A DNA stretch of 64,000 bases, from contig CP084166.1 of assembly GCA_021513695.1 (NCBI GenBank), positions 1,440,001 to 1,504,000 of the forward strand, read 5' to 3'. Within the stretch, counting starts at the first letter, position 1. The number at the start of each line of letters is the position of its first letter. Of the stretch, positions 55,157 to 64,000 are shown piece by piece. Position numbers and translations under genes: made by a program. This DNA is from Candidatus Heimdallarchaeum aukensis. Its GTDB lineage: Archaea; Asgardarchaeota; Heimdallarchaeia; Heimdallarchaeales; Heimdallarchaeaceae. The notes under the pieces are model-generated. The model was not told where the DNA came from, did not search any database, and worked only from the letters and a program-made list of their open reading frames with translations.

Positions 55157-56731
55157 ATGACCCCTGATTCTACTAATAACACATTTAGTGTTCCTATAAA
55201 TAATAAAAAAATAGAAAATGTTCCTTCTACAATTATTGAATTTATTGAATCTAATCGTTCTTTATTTGATTCTTATCAATTTCCTGTTATGATTACTGAT
55301 GCTGACCGACGTATATTGTATATCAACCCTATTTTTAAAGAAGTTACTGGTTATAGTGACACTGATCTTTTAAACAATTTTTGGAACGATCTTGCTCCTC
55401 CTGCGTCTTTAGGTAAACTGCTTAAATACCATCATATTCGGAAGAAATTTCCGGATAAAGCTCCTAGTTCTTATGAAACTAGCTTTTCTTTAAAAAATGG
55501 TCAGGAGAAAGAGTTTCTCCTTACTATCACTCCATTATTTAATAATTATCTTTTTTTTCTTACTTTTACTGATGTTACTCCAAAGAAATTGGCTAAAATT
55601 GAACTTTCTCGCTCTTATGAACAATATTATACACTTGTCAACACTTCTCCCGATGGTATTTTACAATTAGATAAAGACTTAAACATTATAATGGCAAATA
55701 ATGTTGCTAAACGCTTTATTAAACATTTCTATGGAGAAACTGAAATTATTGGCAAAAGTGTTTTTTGTTTAATACCTAATGATCAGCATAAAATAATCGA
55801 CAATGCTGTAAAACATGCAATTAAGGAGGGGTACTATCGTAATTTAGAAATATCTTTTCCAAATAAAAAAACTGGAACAACTTCTTATTTTGAGATTAAC
55901 ACTTCTGTAGTTTATGATCATGAAAAACCACTTTTTTTCATTGCTATAGTGCGTAATATTAGTGATCGAAAACAAATGGAAAAAAAACTTAATGAATATA
56001 CTACTAAACTTGAACATTTAGTTCAAGAGAAAGCTAGTAAATTAATGGAACAAGAACGATCTGCAATGCTTGGCAGGTTAGCTGCATCTATTAGTCATAA
56101 TATTAACAACCCTTTGCAATATGTTATTGGTAACGCAGAACTCATTTTAAAACTATTAAAAGAGCCTAACTTGGAAATTTCCTTGATTCAAAGTTTAGCT
56201 CAAACACTAATTTCTGGTTGTTATCGTATAGTAGAAGTTTCTGATAAACTTCGTCGAGCTTCTAGAAAAAGTGATGTAAGCATTTTTGATATCGCTATTC
56301 CCATTGAAGTTGCTATTTCTGTTACTAAAGGTAAATGGATGAAAAAGTGTTCTCAGATTAAAGTTCGCTATTTAACTGATGAAACTATTAAAATTAAAGG
56401 AGTAGAATCTGATATTGCACATGTTTTCATGAATCTCATCATTAATGCAGTTCAAGCAATTAAAGACAAAGGCGAGATAGAGATACGTATTTCAAAACTT
56501 TCTTCTCGTAAAGTTTTCATTGAAGTTCATGATAACGGTAGTGGCATTCCCCCTGATATTGCTGATAAAATAGGTAAAGAAACTGTTACAACAAAAAATC
56601 CAGAAGTTGGTACGGGGTTAGGTTTATTATGGGTTTATGACACGATACATCAGCATTATGGAACAATTGACTTTGAAACCAAACTGGGAAAAGGAACTAC
56701 TTTTAGGATTGCTCTTCCTATCGCAAATTAG
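55157..56731 (+). CDS. PAS-domain sensor histidine kinase
   Basis: Two PAS-like segments ('FPVMITDADRRILYINPIFKEVTGY', 'PDGILQLDKDLNIIMANNVAKRF'), HisKA H-box 'LAASISHNINNPLQYVIGNAEL', HATPase N-box 'FMNLIINAVQA' and G-boxes 'HDNGSGIPPD' and 'GTGLGL'. No adjacent response regulator. Confidence 0.8.
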   Translation: MTPDSTNNTFSVPINNKKIENVPSTIIEFIESNRSLFDSYQFPVMITDADRRILYINPIFKEVTGYSDTDLLNNFWNDLAPPASLGKLLKYHHIRKKFPDKAPSSYETSFSLKNGQEKEFLLTITPLFNNYLFFLTFTDVTPKKLAKIELSRSYEQYYTLVNTSPDGILQLDKDLNIIMANNVAKRFIKHFYGETEIIGKSVFCLIPNDQHKIIDNAVKHAIKEGYYRNLEISFPNKKTGTTSYFEINTSVVYDHEKPLFFIAIVRNISDRKQMEKKLNEYTTKLEHLVQEKASKLMEQERSAMLGRLAASISHNINNPLQYVIGNAELILKLLKEPNLEISLIQSLAQTLISGCYRIVEVSDKLRRASRKSDVSIFDIAIPIEVAISVTKGKWMKKCSQIKVRYLTDETIKIKGVESDIAHVFMNLIINAVQAIKDKGEIEIRISKLSSRKVFIEVHDNGSGIPPDIADKIGKETVTTKNPEVGTGLGLLWVYDTIHQHYGTIDFETKLGKGTTFRIALPIAN

Positions 56732-56769
56732 GAAAATGACATCAATGAAATTTTTCTTTACAATTTATT

Positions 56770-57717
56770 TTATTTTTTTAATGTTCGTTCTCCCACTACA
56801 TACTTAGACTTCATTTCTGTTTGTTTCTGTTTTTTTGATTTTGTTTTTTTCTCTTTTACTTGATAAATCAGTCTATTTTTTGTTTCATCTACTATCAATT
56901 TTATTGAAACATTTATTCCCTCTAGTCTTTTTCTCCACTGATAGCTTAGAAGATTTAAGAACTCTTTTTCATCTATTTTTTCAGGATTTGCTAAACTGTG
57001 TAGAGCTTCAACATCTTTATAATTGTCAAAAATTATTTCATACATATCCTCTTTTTTAAAAATAACACCTTTTAACCCGTAAACATTTGCTCCGATAATT
57101 GAAATATAAGCTACAACTTTAAAAATTCCTTCAAGAAATCCAAATAGTTCATCAAGTTCTTCTTGAAAAAACTCTTTATCATCAAAAAATTGTTTTGCCT
57201 TATTCTTCCCCAAATTACTTGTCAAGTAAGTATAGATTTTATTTATCATTTGAACTCTCATCTTGGCTTCCATCAATCGTATCCAATTTTCATTAAGTTT
57301 TGGTATTTCTATTCTCTCTTGTTTTGGTTCTTCATAAACAGCTACTGTAGTATTATTTAAACCTGTAATTACTAGTTTTTGAAATTCCTTCGTAGGATTA
57401 TTCAGAATCCATGTAATATCTTCATTTTCTGTTGGAGAGATTCTTGTTGAACTATGAATCCTTATTTCGCCATTACTCATTTTCTTTATAAATCGTGGAT
57501 AAATCCTAAACCTTGCCAAACTATTTTCGAAATTATTTATTATCATACTAAAAAAAGCTTGAATTACCCCTTGTGCTGCAAGATCTTCTGATTGTATTAT
57601 AGTTTCTATTTCCCAGTGCCTTTGCTCGTTAACTATTGTTTCCACAGAATAAAGTAACTGATTTACCTCTTCTAATTCAGTTTCGCTTAGATTTACAACT
57701 TGAACCAAGTTTACCAC
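56770..57717 (-). CDS. Hypothetical protein (315 aa)
   Basis: Long ORF, no recognisable motif. Lys-rich C-terminal tail. Confidence 0.5.
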   Translation of the reverse strand: MVNLVQVVNLSETELEEVNQLLYSVETIVNEQRHWEIETIIQSEDLAAQGVIQAFFSMIINNFENSLARFRIYPRFIKKMSNGEIRIHSSTRISPTENEDITWILNNPTKEFQKLVITGLNNTTVAVYEEPKQERIEIPKLNENWIRLMEAKMRVQMINKIYTYLTSNLGKNKAKQFFDDKEFFQEELDELFGFLEGIFKVVAYISIIGANVYGLKGVIFKKEDMYEIIFDNYKDVEALHSLANPEKIDEKEFLNLLSYQWRKRLEGINVSIKLIVDETKNRLIYQVKEKKTKSKKQKQTEMKSKYVVGERTLKK

Positions 57718-57814
57718 ACAATCAAATTCTGTCTACAGATGACATATGAAATATTCTTTTTATTTATTTCTGAGGAACTAAAAAAATATTCATAAGAAAA
57801 AAGTTAGTTTCAAA

Positions 57815-59185
57815 ATGTCACTCTTTTTAAATTACTATTACCTTTTTTCTTTAACAATGCCTTCTCAAGAGAAAAAGGAAGTGAGAGAGACAACACTTGT
57901 CTTGGCAGAAAGCGATATTTTAATCAAACATCGTAGAGCATATAGAAACTTAACCCAAAATTATATTATTTCAGAGAGGTTTATCACTCAACTTCCTGTG
58001 ATTAATGCTCAAGCAAAAGATAAATTTGCAGATCTTCCTACAACAATTAACAAAGAGGAAAACAGGATTATTGTTGAATTTAAACATAGAAAACCCATAA
58101 AACCTAGAGAAATATGTGCAGCAGAGTTATCTCTATTAATTGATGACTCTTTCACTAATCGAATTGGCGATTTACGAATTATTGATTGGCCAAGCGAAGA
58201 TTTAACCGATATACATTTTTTACACACAAAACCTTTTTTTGTTTCTGCCATTGGTAAGGTTGAAAAAAACACTATAACTCCAGCCCCTGGATTCAAATCT
58301 ATTATAAGTCATGCTAGAAAAGGTTCTACTATTCGCATTGAGTATCTTCCGAAGACAAAACCTATTCCTTCAATTTTATGGACTGAAGAATATATCGTTA
58401 AAAATGTTTCAGATGAACCTGTTGAAGAATGTTCATTAAAATTTTTAGTCCCAAGAAATGACATAAAACAAAAAGTGAGTATTAAAGCTAACGAAAAAAT
58501 AAAATTATCTCAAGATTCAGATGGAAATGCTTGGGCGAATGTTACTCTCTTTAATTTAAAAAAAGATGAAAAAAGAAAGATAATTTTAGTGTATAAAATC
58601 GATAAAACAAGTTACACATTTTCCAATGAATATGGAAATATTCAGTTTTTAAAAGGTTTATCAGAACCTAGTTCCGTAGGAAGACATTATCTTAAAGGTT
58701 CAAAGCTTTGGCCTGTAAATGACTATAGCATTCAGAAGATTGCAAGAGGTATTCTTGAAGGTCAAACTAATATATTTGATATTATCAAGCTTATTTTTGA
58801 ATTTGTAAATCAGAACTTTACTTATGAAGCAAATGGAGTCAGATTACCAGCTGATGAAATAATTAAGACTAAAAGAGGTGACTGCTCTGAATTCAGTGAC
58901 TTGTTTGTAACTTTAGCTAGAGCCTGCGGTATTCCAGCAAGGGTATGCACAGGTTATTTTTGGGGACTAAATGGAAAATTAGAAGGGCATGCATGGTGTG
59001 AAGTTTTTACTAAACAAGGTTGGATACAGTTAGATTCTTTACATGGCTTCTTGCATGGAGTTTCATTTCAACATATTCTTTTCTCCAAAGAGTCAAATGA
59101 TGTTGATTATCCTTCTTACGTTGTCAAGAATATAGGTGGAGAAATTAATATCACAAAAACATATGATGTAAAAGTAATGAGTTGA
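57815..59185 (+). CDS. Transglutaminase-like (papain-fold Cys-His-Asp) domain protein
   Basis: 'RGDCSEFSDLFVTLARACGIPARVCTGYF...GHAWCEVF...LDSLHG' is the transglutaminase-like core with the catalytic Cys/His/Asp. The upstream ~300 aa is uncharacterised. A start at the ATG at 57857 is possible. Confidence 0.7.
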   Translation: MSLFLNYYYLFSLTMPSQEKKEVRETTLVLAESDILIKHRRAYRNLTQNYIISERFITQLPVINAQAKDKFADLPTTINKEENRIIVEFKHRKPIKPREICAAELSLLIDDSFTNRIGDLRIIDWPSEDLTDIHFLHTKPFFVSAIGKVEKNTITPAPGFKSIISHARKGSTIRIEYLPKTKPIPSILWTEEYIVKNVSDEPVEECSLKFLVPRNDIKQKVSIKANEKIKLSQDSDGNAWANVTLFNLKKDEKRKIILVYKIDKTSYTFSNEYGNIQFLKGLSEPSSVGRHYLKGSKLWPVNDYSIQKIARGILEGQTNIFDIIKLIFEFVNQNFTYEANGVRLPADEIIKTKRGDCSEFSDLFVTLARACGIPARVCTGYFWGLNGKLEGHAWCEVFTKQGWIQLDSLHGFLHGVSFQHILFSKESNDVDYPSYVVKNIGGEINITKTYDVKVMS

Positions 59186-59275
59186 AAAATATAACTGTAT
59201 TCAAAATTGATTTGTTTTTAAAAGAATAATTGAAAAACTTTGTTTTCAAAAGCAAATATAAGTTTCTTTTTAGAA

Positions 59276-59806
59276 TTAATCTTCTTCAGTGAATTTTTTT
59301 CCTACTTTTCTTGCAAACTGCTCTATCCTTTCCCAATTTCGATTATCAAGTTGAAAACGGGGCAATCTGCGGAGGATTCTATAGAAGTGTATTTGTGGTA
59401 TGTATAACATTGGAACTCTTCCTCCAAAAGCTTCTTTTTCTATTACTTCTACTCCACTTTCTTCTATGACTTTGTCTAGAAAATGCTCTCTTGCATAGTC
59501 ATACAGGTCTTCTTCACCAGCGAAGCCAGAAGATATAAAAACCGCAACTTTTCTATTACCAAAGTCATTATTTTTTAAAAATTCTTCAGCTTCTTTCACC
59601 CATTTTCCTTCTTTTATCCCACTTCCTATAATTATATGGGGAAAATCCTCTAATTCAGGAAGTTTTTTTCCTTTTTTTATAGTATAAACTTCAACATTTA
59701 GTTTGAATTCTTTTTCAAGAATTTGTTGAATAGTTGCTGCTGCTTCTGTAGTTGCCCCATATCTTGTTCCGTAGGCAATCAATATCTTATCACTCATTTT
59801 AATCAA
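59276..59806 (-). CDS. Flavodoxin-like fold protein
   Basis: 'KILIAYGTRYGATTEAAATI' (FMN phosphate-binding loop T/SxxGxT) and 'VAVFISSGFAG'. Confidence 0.6.
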   Translation of the reverse strand: MIKMSDKILIAYGTRYGATTEAAATIQQILEKEFKLNVEVYTIKKGKKLPELEDFPHIIIGSGIKEGKWVKEAEEFLKNNDFGNRKVAVFISSGFAGEEDLYDYAREHFLDKVIEESGVEVIEKEAFGGRVPMLYIPQIHFYRILRRLPRFQLDNRNWERIEQFARKVGKKFTEED

Positions 59807-59873
59807 TAAAGTTTACTTTTTGCGATTAAAAGGCTTTTGAATTTACAAAATTAGCATTTTTCATAAAAAAGAA

Positions 59874-60479
59874 TCAGTCATACTTTTTTTCTAAATTATT
59901 TATTACGCGTTCTAAAATTATCTTTTCTTCTTCATTTTCCTCTTTAATCATTAGATTCCAAAGAATAGGTAGAGACTTTTTAGTTGCATATTTAGTGATT
60001 AGACTTAAAGCTAGTTTTTTAGGAAAAGATTCATTCTCATTTGATATTATAGTTAACAATATTTTTTCCATCTCATCGTTACTTAGTTTCTTTCTTTCGT
60101 GTATTTTTCTTAGGGCTGTCCCTTTAATAATTCCTGATAAACCCCTTCTTACTTCCTTTACAAGAAAATCTTTGCTATCAAAGTTTTCATATTCAGCTAA
60201 AGTTTCAATAATAGCGATTTTTACACTTTCATCTTTTTCTCTATAATACATTCTTTCAAGTTTTTCTCCATTATTTTTTGAATCATAATTTTTCAATTGA
60301 ATAGCTGCTAAAACTCGAACCTTATAAAATTGCTCTTTTTCTATTACTTCAAACAAGAAATCTGCAATATCTGGATCACGTAAATTGTTCCATGCAATGA
60401 GTAGATCGATTTTTTCTTTATCGTTACCTTTTTTGAATTTAGATTTCATTTTTGAAGGTTCTATATTCATCAAAAACAA
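59874..60479 (-). CDS. HEAT-like (PBS-lyase-type) repeat protein
   Basis: Repeated ~30-aa helical-hairpin units ('...FYKVRVLAAIQLKNY...', '...ESVKIAIIETLAEYEN...', '...LSGIIKGTALRKI...', '...FPKKLALSLITKYA...'). Confidence 0.4.
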   Translation of the reverse strand: MFLMNIEPSKMKSKFKKGNDKEKIDLLIAWNNLRDPDIADFLFEVIEKEQFYKVRVLAAIQLKNYDSKNNGEKLERMYYREKDESVKIAIIETLAEYENFDSKDFLVKEVRRGLSGIIKGTALRKIHERKKLSNDEMEKILLTIISNENESFPKKLALSLITKYATKKSLPILWNLMIKEENEEEKIILERVINNLEKKYD

Positions 60480-60550
60480 TTCAGTTTTTTCTATAAAAAG
60501 AAATCGAATTGGTGTTTAAATAGCTCCATATTATTATACCTAGGAGGAAG

Positions 60551-61132
60551 TTGACGTTAAGAATTGCAATAGAAAATAAAGAAAATAAAAAGGATAAGTT
60601 TGCTATAGTATACTTTAGCGATAAAGGTTTCACAGTTTTTTCAACAAATATCTTTGATAAGAAATTGCTTACAAATTTAGAACATTATCCTACACTAATT
60701 GGTATTATGCAAAATCAAGATCCTTCTGGTTTAACTACAACAAAGGTTGATGATGATAATTATCTTTACACATATATTATGAATTTAAAGAACCCAGAAG
60801 CTAGAGACCCCAGACTTAAAAAAAATACTATGACAGCGATCAACTTCCTCGTCAATAAGGAAACAAACAGAAAAATAATCCTTTTTTATGATGAATTTGA
60901 AAAATTTTTAGATGATTTTTTTTATCCTGTTGTTTTTTTGGATGATTTATATGCTATCGATTTTTCCAAATTAATTTTGAGATTTCTAAATATAGTTGAT
61001 AACCAAACTGAAATTGACCATTCTTTACTTGAAATTTCAGAAGAAGCAGTACTAAAAGAAAGAAACAACCCTCAATTATCTTTAGCAGTAGAATTTAATA
61101 AATGGATTGAAGATAATCGTCAAGTAGATTAA
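60551..61132 (+). CDS. Hypothetical protein (193 aa)
   Basis: ORF only. Confidence 0.45.
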   Translation: MTLRIAIENKENKKDKFAIVYFSDKGFTVFSTNIFDKKLLTNLEHYPTLIGIMQNQDPSGLTTTKVDDDNYLYTYIMNLKNPEARDPRLKKNTMTAINFLVNKETNRKIILFYDEFEKFLDDFFYPVVFLDDLYAIDFSKLILRFLNIVDNQTEIDHSLLEISEEAVLKERNNPQLSLAVEFNKWIEDNRQVD

Positions 61133-61206
61133 CTATTTGTCTATTGGACAATATTTTAAATCGGTTTGATAAACAGTCATTTAACTACTTAAAAAAATGG
61201 GATATT

Positions 61207-62124
61207 ATGCTCGAGATTAGATTTCATGGACGAGGAGGAACTGGAACTGTCACTGCTTCTCGTGCTTTAGCTAAAGCAGTATTCTATGAAGGAAAACATG
61301 CTGTTACATTTCCTTCTTTCGGCGCAGAAAGGAGAGGAGCTCCTGTCTTAGCTTTTGCTAGAATAGATGACAAAAAAATAACAAAACGAACTCAAATATA
61401 TGAACCAGATGTGGTTGTAGTACTAGATGATTCGCTTCTTGAATTAACAGATATAGCCAAAGGCCTAAAAGAAAACGGGATATGTGTTGTTAATACAAAA
61501 AAGAAACCAGAAGAGATACAACTATCAAAAGTTGTAAAAGTAGCTACTGTCGACGCTTCAAAAATTGCAAAAGAGGAAATAGGCCTAGAAATAACAAATA
61601 GTGCGATTTTAGGAGCACTAGTTAAGAGTGTAAATATCGTTTCCCTAGACAATTTATTAAAAGCAATAAAAGAAGTATTTGCCGTAAAATTAGGAAAAAC
61701 TGCAGCAGAAAAAAATTGCAATGCTGCAAGAAGAGCGTATAATGAAATAATTTTTGGTCAATCTAAGGATGGTAAATCATATCAAGAGCATCAACCTTGG
61801 CTACCAACTGTTGACGAATTACCAATTGGTACAATAATTCCAAAAACCAAAGTAGAAACAGGTCAAATGATAGGACCAGGAACAGCGAACACTAGAATAA
61901 CAGGTACTTGGAGTCATAAAAAAGCATTTATTGATACTGAAAAATGCATAAAATGTCTACAATGTGTATTTCATTGTCCCGAGGGGACTATTCATAGAGA
62001 AGAAGATATAATTAAAGTTGATTGGACATATTGCAAAGCTTGTGGTATTTGTATAAATGTTTGTCCCAAATCAGCTATTACATTCATAACTGTGAAAGAT
62101 ATTGCAGAAATAATAAACAAGTGA
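61207..62124 (+). CDS. 2-oxoacid:ferredoxin oxidoreductase gamma-delta fusion subunit (PorG-PorD-like)
   Basis: N-terminal 'MLEIRFHGRGGTGTVTASRALAKAVFYEGKHAVTFPSFGAERRGAPV' is the gamma subunit. C-terminal 'CIKCLQCVFHCPEG...CKACGICINVCPKSAI' is a 2x[4Fe-4S] delta subunit. No alpha/beta genes are adjacent. Confidence 0.75.
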   Translation: MLEIRFHGRGGTGTVTASRALAKAVFYEGKHAVTFPSFGAERRGAPVLAFARIDDKKITKRTQIYEPDVVVVLDDSLLELTDIAKGLKENGICVVNTKKKPEEIQLSKVVKVATVDASKIAKEEIGLEITNSAILGALVKSVNIVSLDNLLKAIKEVFAVKLGKTAAEKNCNAARRAYNEIIFGQSKDGKSYQEHQPWLPTVDELPIGTIIPKTKVETGQMIGPGTANTRITGTWSHKKAFIDTEKCIKCLQCVFHCPEGTIHREEDIIKVDWTYCKACGICINVCPKSAITFITVKDIAEIINK

Positions 62125-62179
62125 TTTTTTAGTTTAAAATGTAGAAATCTGTTAATCTTCTTTCTTTTTGATGTTTTAC

Positions 62180-63073
62180 TTATTTGTATTTATCTAGTTT
62201 GTCTCCCTTATTGTGAAACTCTTTATAAACATCAAAACTTATTACATCGTCTTTTTTTGAAGAAAAATCTAAAGGCTCTCCTTCATCATATTCTTCATCA
62301 AATTCTTCATCAAAACTATCAAAGTCATCGTCATCAACAAATTCATCAAAACTATCTTCTGTTTCCCAAAAGATCATTTCATCTGGTTCAACAAATGAAG
62401 AGTCGAACATGTTTAATTTATCAGATTTTAAGTCTAAACCAAATATTTTTTCTAGTTCCTTAAGTGCAATTAGAGCTGCTTCACTGTCAGCTTCAAAGGT
62501 ATTACAGTAAGATAGTACAACTAATGTAGCTAATGAATAAGCGCTGGATTCCATAAGTAAATAATGAATTGGACCTTTTATTGATAAATGATCTTTGAAA
62601 GTTCTTTTTACTCCAAATTGTTCTGAGTATTTTACAGTAGGTATTAATGCCACCCATGAATCATTTGAAGAATTCCTTATTTCTTCTCTCAGACCACCTA
62701 TTGCAATATATCTTTTAGCTTTCCAGGAAAGAATCTCTTGACTGATCATTTTCCAGAAAACATCAGGAAAAGCTCGAACTCCAATAACAGGCACATTTAA
62801 CCTGGATGATACCAGAACGAATTTTTCTTTGGGATCGTTTGATTTAATATCTAGTTTGAAAACAGTAATGGGAGCTTCAATTCGATCATTATGAAACCAA
62901 CTTACTGGACCCCAAAATCCAATTGGTGTAACTTTAAAAGTCTCTGCCAAGTGATTTGCGACCAGTCTCCCTACAGAACCATAACCCGAGAAGCCAATAA
63001 TAACTGTTGTATTTTCATCGATAATATTGGAATCGATTGAAAAATGTTGTGAGATTACAAGAGATTCTTTCAT
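62180..63073 (-). CDS. PAC2 (proteasome assembly chaperone 2)-family protein with acidic C-terminal tail
   Basis: 'TTVIIGFSGYGSVGRLVANHLAE' (PAC2 'igfpGvGlvG' motif) and a long D/E/F-rich tail ('FDEFVDDDDFDSFDEEFDEEYDEGEPLDF'). Confidence 0.65.
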   Translation of the reverse strand: MKESLVISQHFSIDSNIIDENTTVIIGFSGYGSVGRLVANHLAETFKVTPIGFWGPVSWFHNDRIEAPITVFKLDIKSNDPKEKFVLVSSRLNVPVIGVRAFPDVFWKMISQEILSWKAKRYIAIGGLREEIRNSSNDSWVALIPTVKYSEQFGVKRTFKDHLSIKGPIHYLLMESSAYSLATLVVLSYCNTFEADSEAALIALKELEKIFGLDLKSDKLNMFDSSFVEPDEMIFWETEDSFDEFVDDDDFDSFDEEFDEEYDEGEPLDFSSKKDDVISFDVYKEFHNKGDKLDKYK

Positions 63074-63131
63074 TTTTATCTTGAGCTAAAAATAAAAGGT
63101 GGGTAAAAAAATTTGTTGTTGTGCAACTTTT

Positions 63132-64000
63132 TTATTCTTTTCTTCTTACATTTGCTTTGGAAATAAATTCTTCTTCAGCTGGCCAAAGAAGTGTAGCTAT
63201 AGTAGTTAAAATTAATAGAAAAACAATAGGTATCATTAAGCCAATCATATTATAATAGAAGTAAATGTCTCCTACAAAACTATAAACAACTATCAAAGCC
63301 ACACCACCAAGAACAATTCCTATTATTTCACTTAATGACATTATTGTTTGCTGTACGCTCATTGTTGTGCCATGCCTTTCTTCTTTAAAACCTATAGAAG
63401 AACTGTCTCCTAATCTTCCGCTAATTGCAGGGAAATACGCTGAAGCAAGAATCACAAAAATGACAAGTAATGTGATAATCCATGAATGATCCAAAATAGA
63501 AGATAAATCATCAGGATCAACATAGTTACCAAAATAAGAAAAACCTAACATAAAGGTCATTCCGATCATCCCAAAGACCCCAATAGCTAGTGTTTTTTTA
63601 CGACCTATTTTATCAGCCACATAACCCCAAAGAGCCATTGGAGCACCCATAAGTAAAGTCAAAAGAACAGTTACTGTACTACCAACATCGGCACCTGTTT
63701 CCAAAGAAATAACAAGAAAAGCCCAATTATTCAGAATCCCAATAATTGACGCAGTCCCTACTAATGGAAGAATAATCCCTCTTCTATCTTTATTTGTTAA
63801 AAGATTCCAAGATGCAAGTAACTGCTTTTTTAAACTAAAGCTACTTTTAGAAATAACGGGTCTTGTTTTTTCCACTGAAAAATAGACAACTAGAGCAGAA
63901 ATTATTAGAAAAAAAGCGAAAACTAGATATTCATAAACCAACCATGAAGGCCTTAGTGGTTGCCAAGCCACATCATCACTCTGCCCTACAAAGAATTTGT
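63132..64000 (-). CDS. MFS-family transporter, 5' end beyond window edge
   Basis: Multiple TM helices, with the frame open (no stop) from 63971 to the window end. The track start at 63971 is a GTG within an open frame. The printed sequence appears to carry one extra nucleotide in the last line relative to the ORF track. Confidence 0.6.
   Translation of the reverse strand, partial: KFFVGQSDDVAWQPLRPSWLVYEYLVFAFFLIISALVVYFSVEKTRPVISKSSFSLKKQLLASWNLLTNKDRRGIILPLVGTASIIGILNNWAFLVISLETGADVGSTVTVLLTLLMGAPMALWGYVADKIGRKKTLAIGVFGMIGMTFMLGFSYFGNYVDPDDLSSILDHSWIITLLVIFVILASAYFPAISGRLGDSSSIGFKEERHGTTMSVQQTIMSLSEIIGIVLGGVALIVVYSFVGDIYFYYNMIGLMIPIVFLLILTTIATLLWPAEEEFISKANVRRKE

Noticed and set aside
63961-64000. 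Apparent 64001-nt length / one-base discrepancy in the last printed line
   Set aside because: The last line prints 41 bases, and the ORF-track translation 'MAWQPLRPSW' only matches if one 't' near 63961 is dropped. This was treated as a formatting glitch, not a biological indel. It affects only the partial MFS gene at the window edge.

Overview
AT-rich (~30% GC) archaeal chromosomal window, gene-dense on both strands and mostly housekeeping, with one accessory-looking, IS-associated block. The archaeal assignment rests on archaeal-type PheRS alpha/beta, a class I non-discriminating-type GluRS, the bifunctional FBP aldolase/phosphatase, an RpoH homolog, CCA-encoding tRNA genes and an intron-containing tRNA-Tyr with a C1:G72 pair. 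A full-length eukaryote-like Rpb5 (RpoH) and bacterial-type lipid and sugar enzymes (PlsY-like, class I FBPase, class II aldolase) suggest a Lokiarchaeia/Asgard-like lineage, but this is inference only.

Content:
- Three tRNA genes: a partial tRNA-Arg, tRNA-Thr, and tRNA-Tyr with an intron.
- About 65 protein-coding genes spanning translation (pheST, gltX), transcription (rpoH), central carbon metabolism (three FBP enzymes, PGM, AOR with ferredoxin and MoaD, a fused PorGD), a putative F420-type cofactor operon (cofD, a Dus-like reductase, cofC) plus a DDN-family protein, and two divergent 2-phosphoglycerate-kinase paralogs next to a DUF89 phosphatase.
- One IS6-family insertion sequence (766 bp) with perfect 17-bp inverted repeats, a 9-bp target-site duplication and a frameshifted transposase, plus a truncated second copy. 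The truncated copy, together with an internal frameshift, inactivates a large repeat-containing surface protein gene.
- No CRISPR array.

The most unusual observations:
- An RpoH carrying a eukaryotic-type Rpb5 N-terminal jaw domain.
- A Dus-like flavoenzyme translationally coupled between cofD and cofC.
- A tandem pair of B3-like plus zinc-ribbon proteins.
- A membrane-anchored and a soluble paralog sharing a roadblock/longin-like plus wHTH module.
- A PlsY-family acyltransferase in an archaeon.
- A GcvH-like protein that lacks the lipoyl-lysine.
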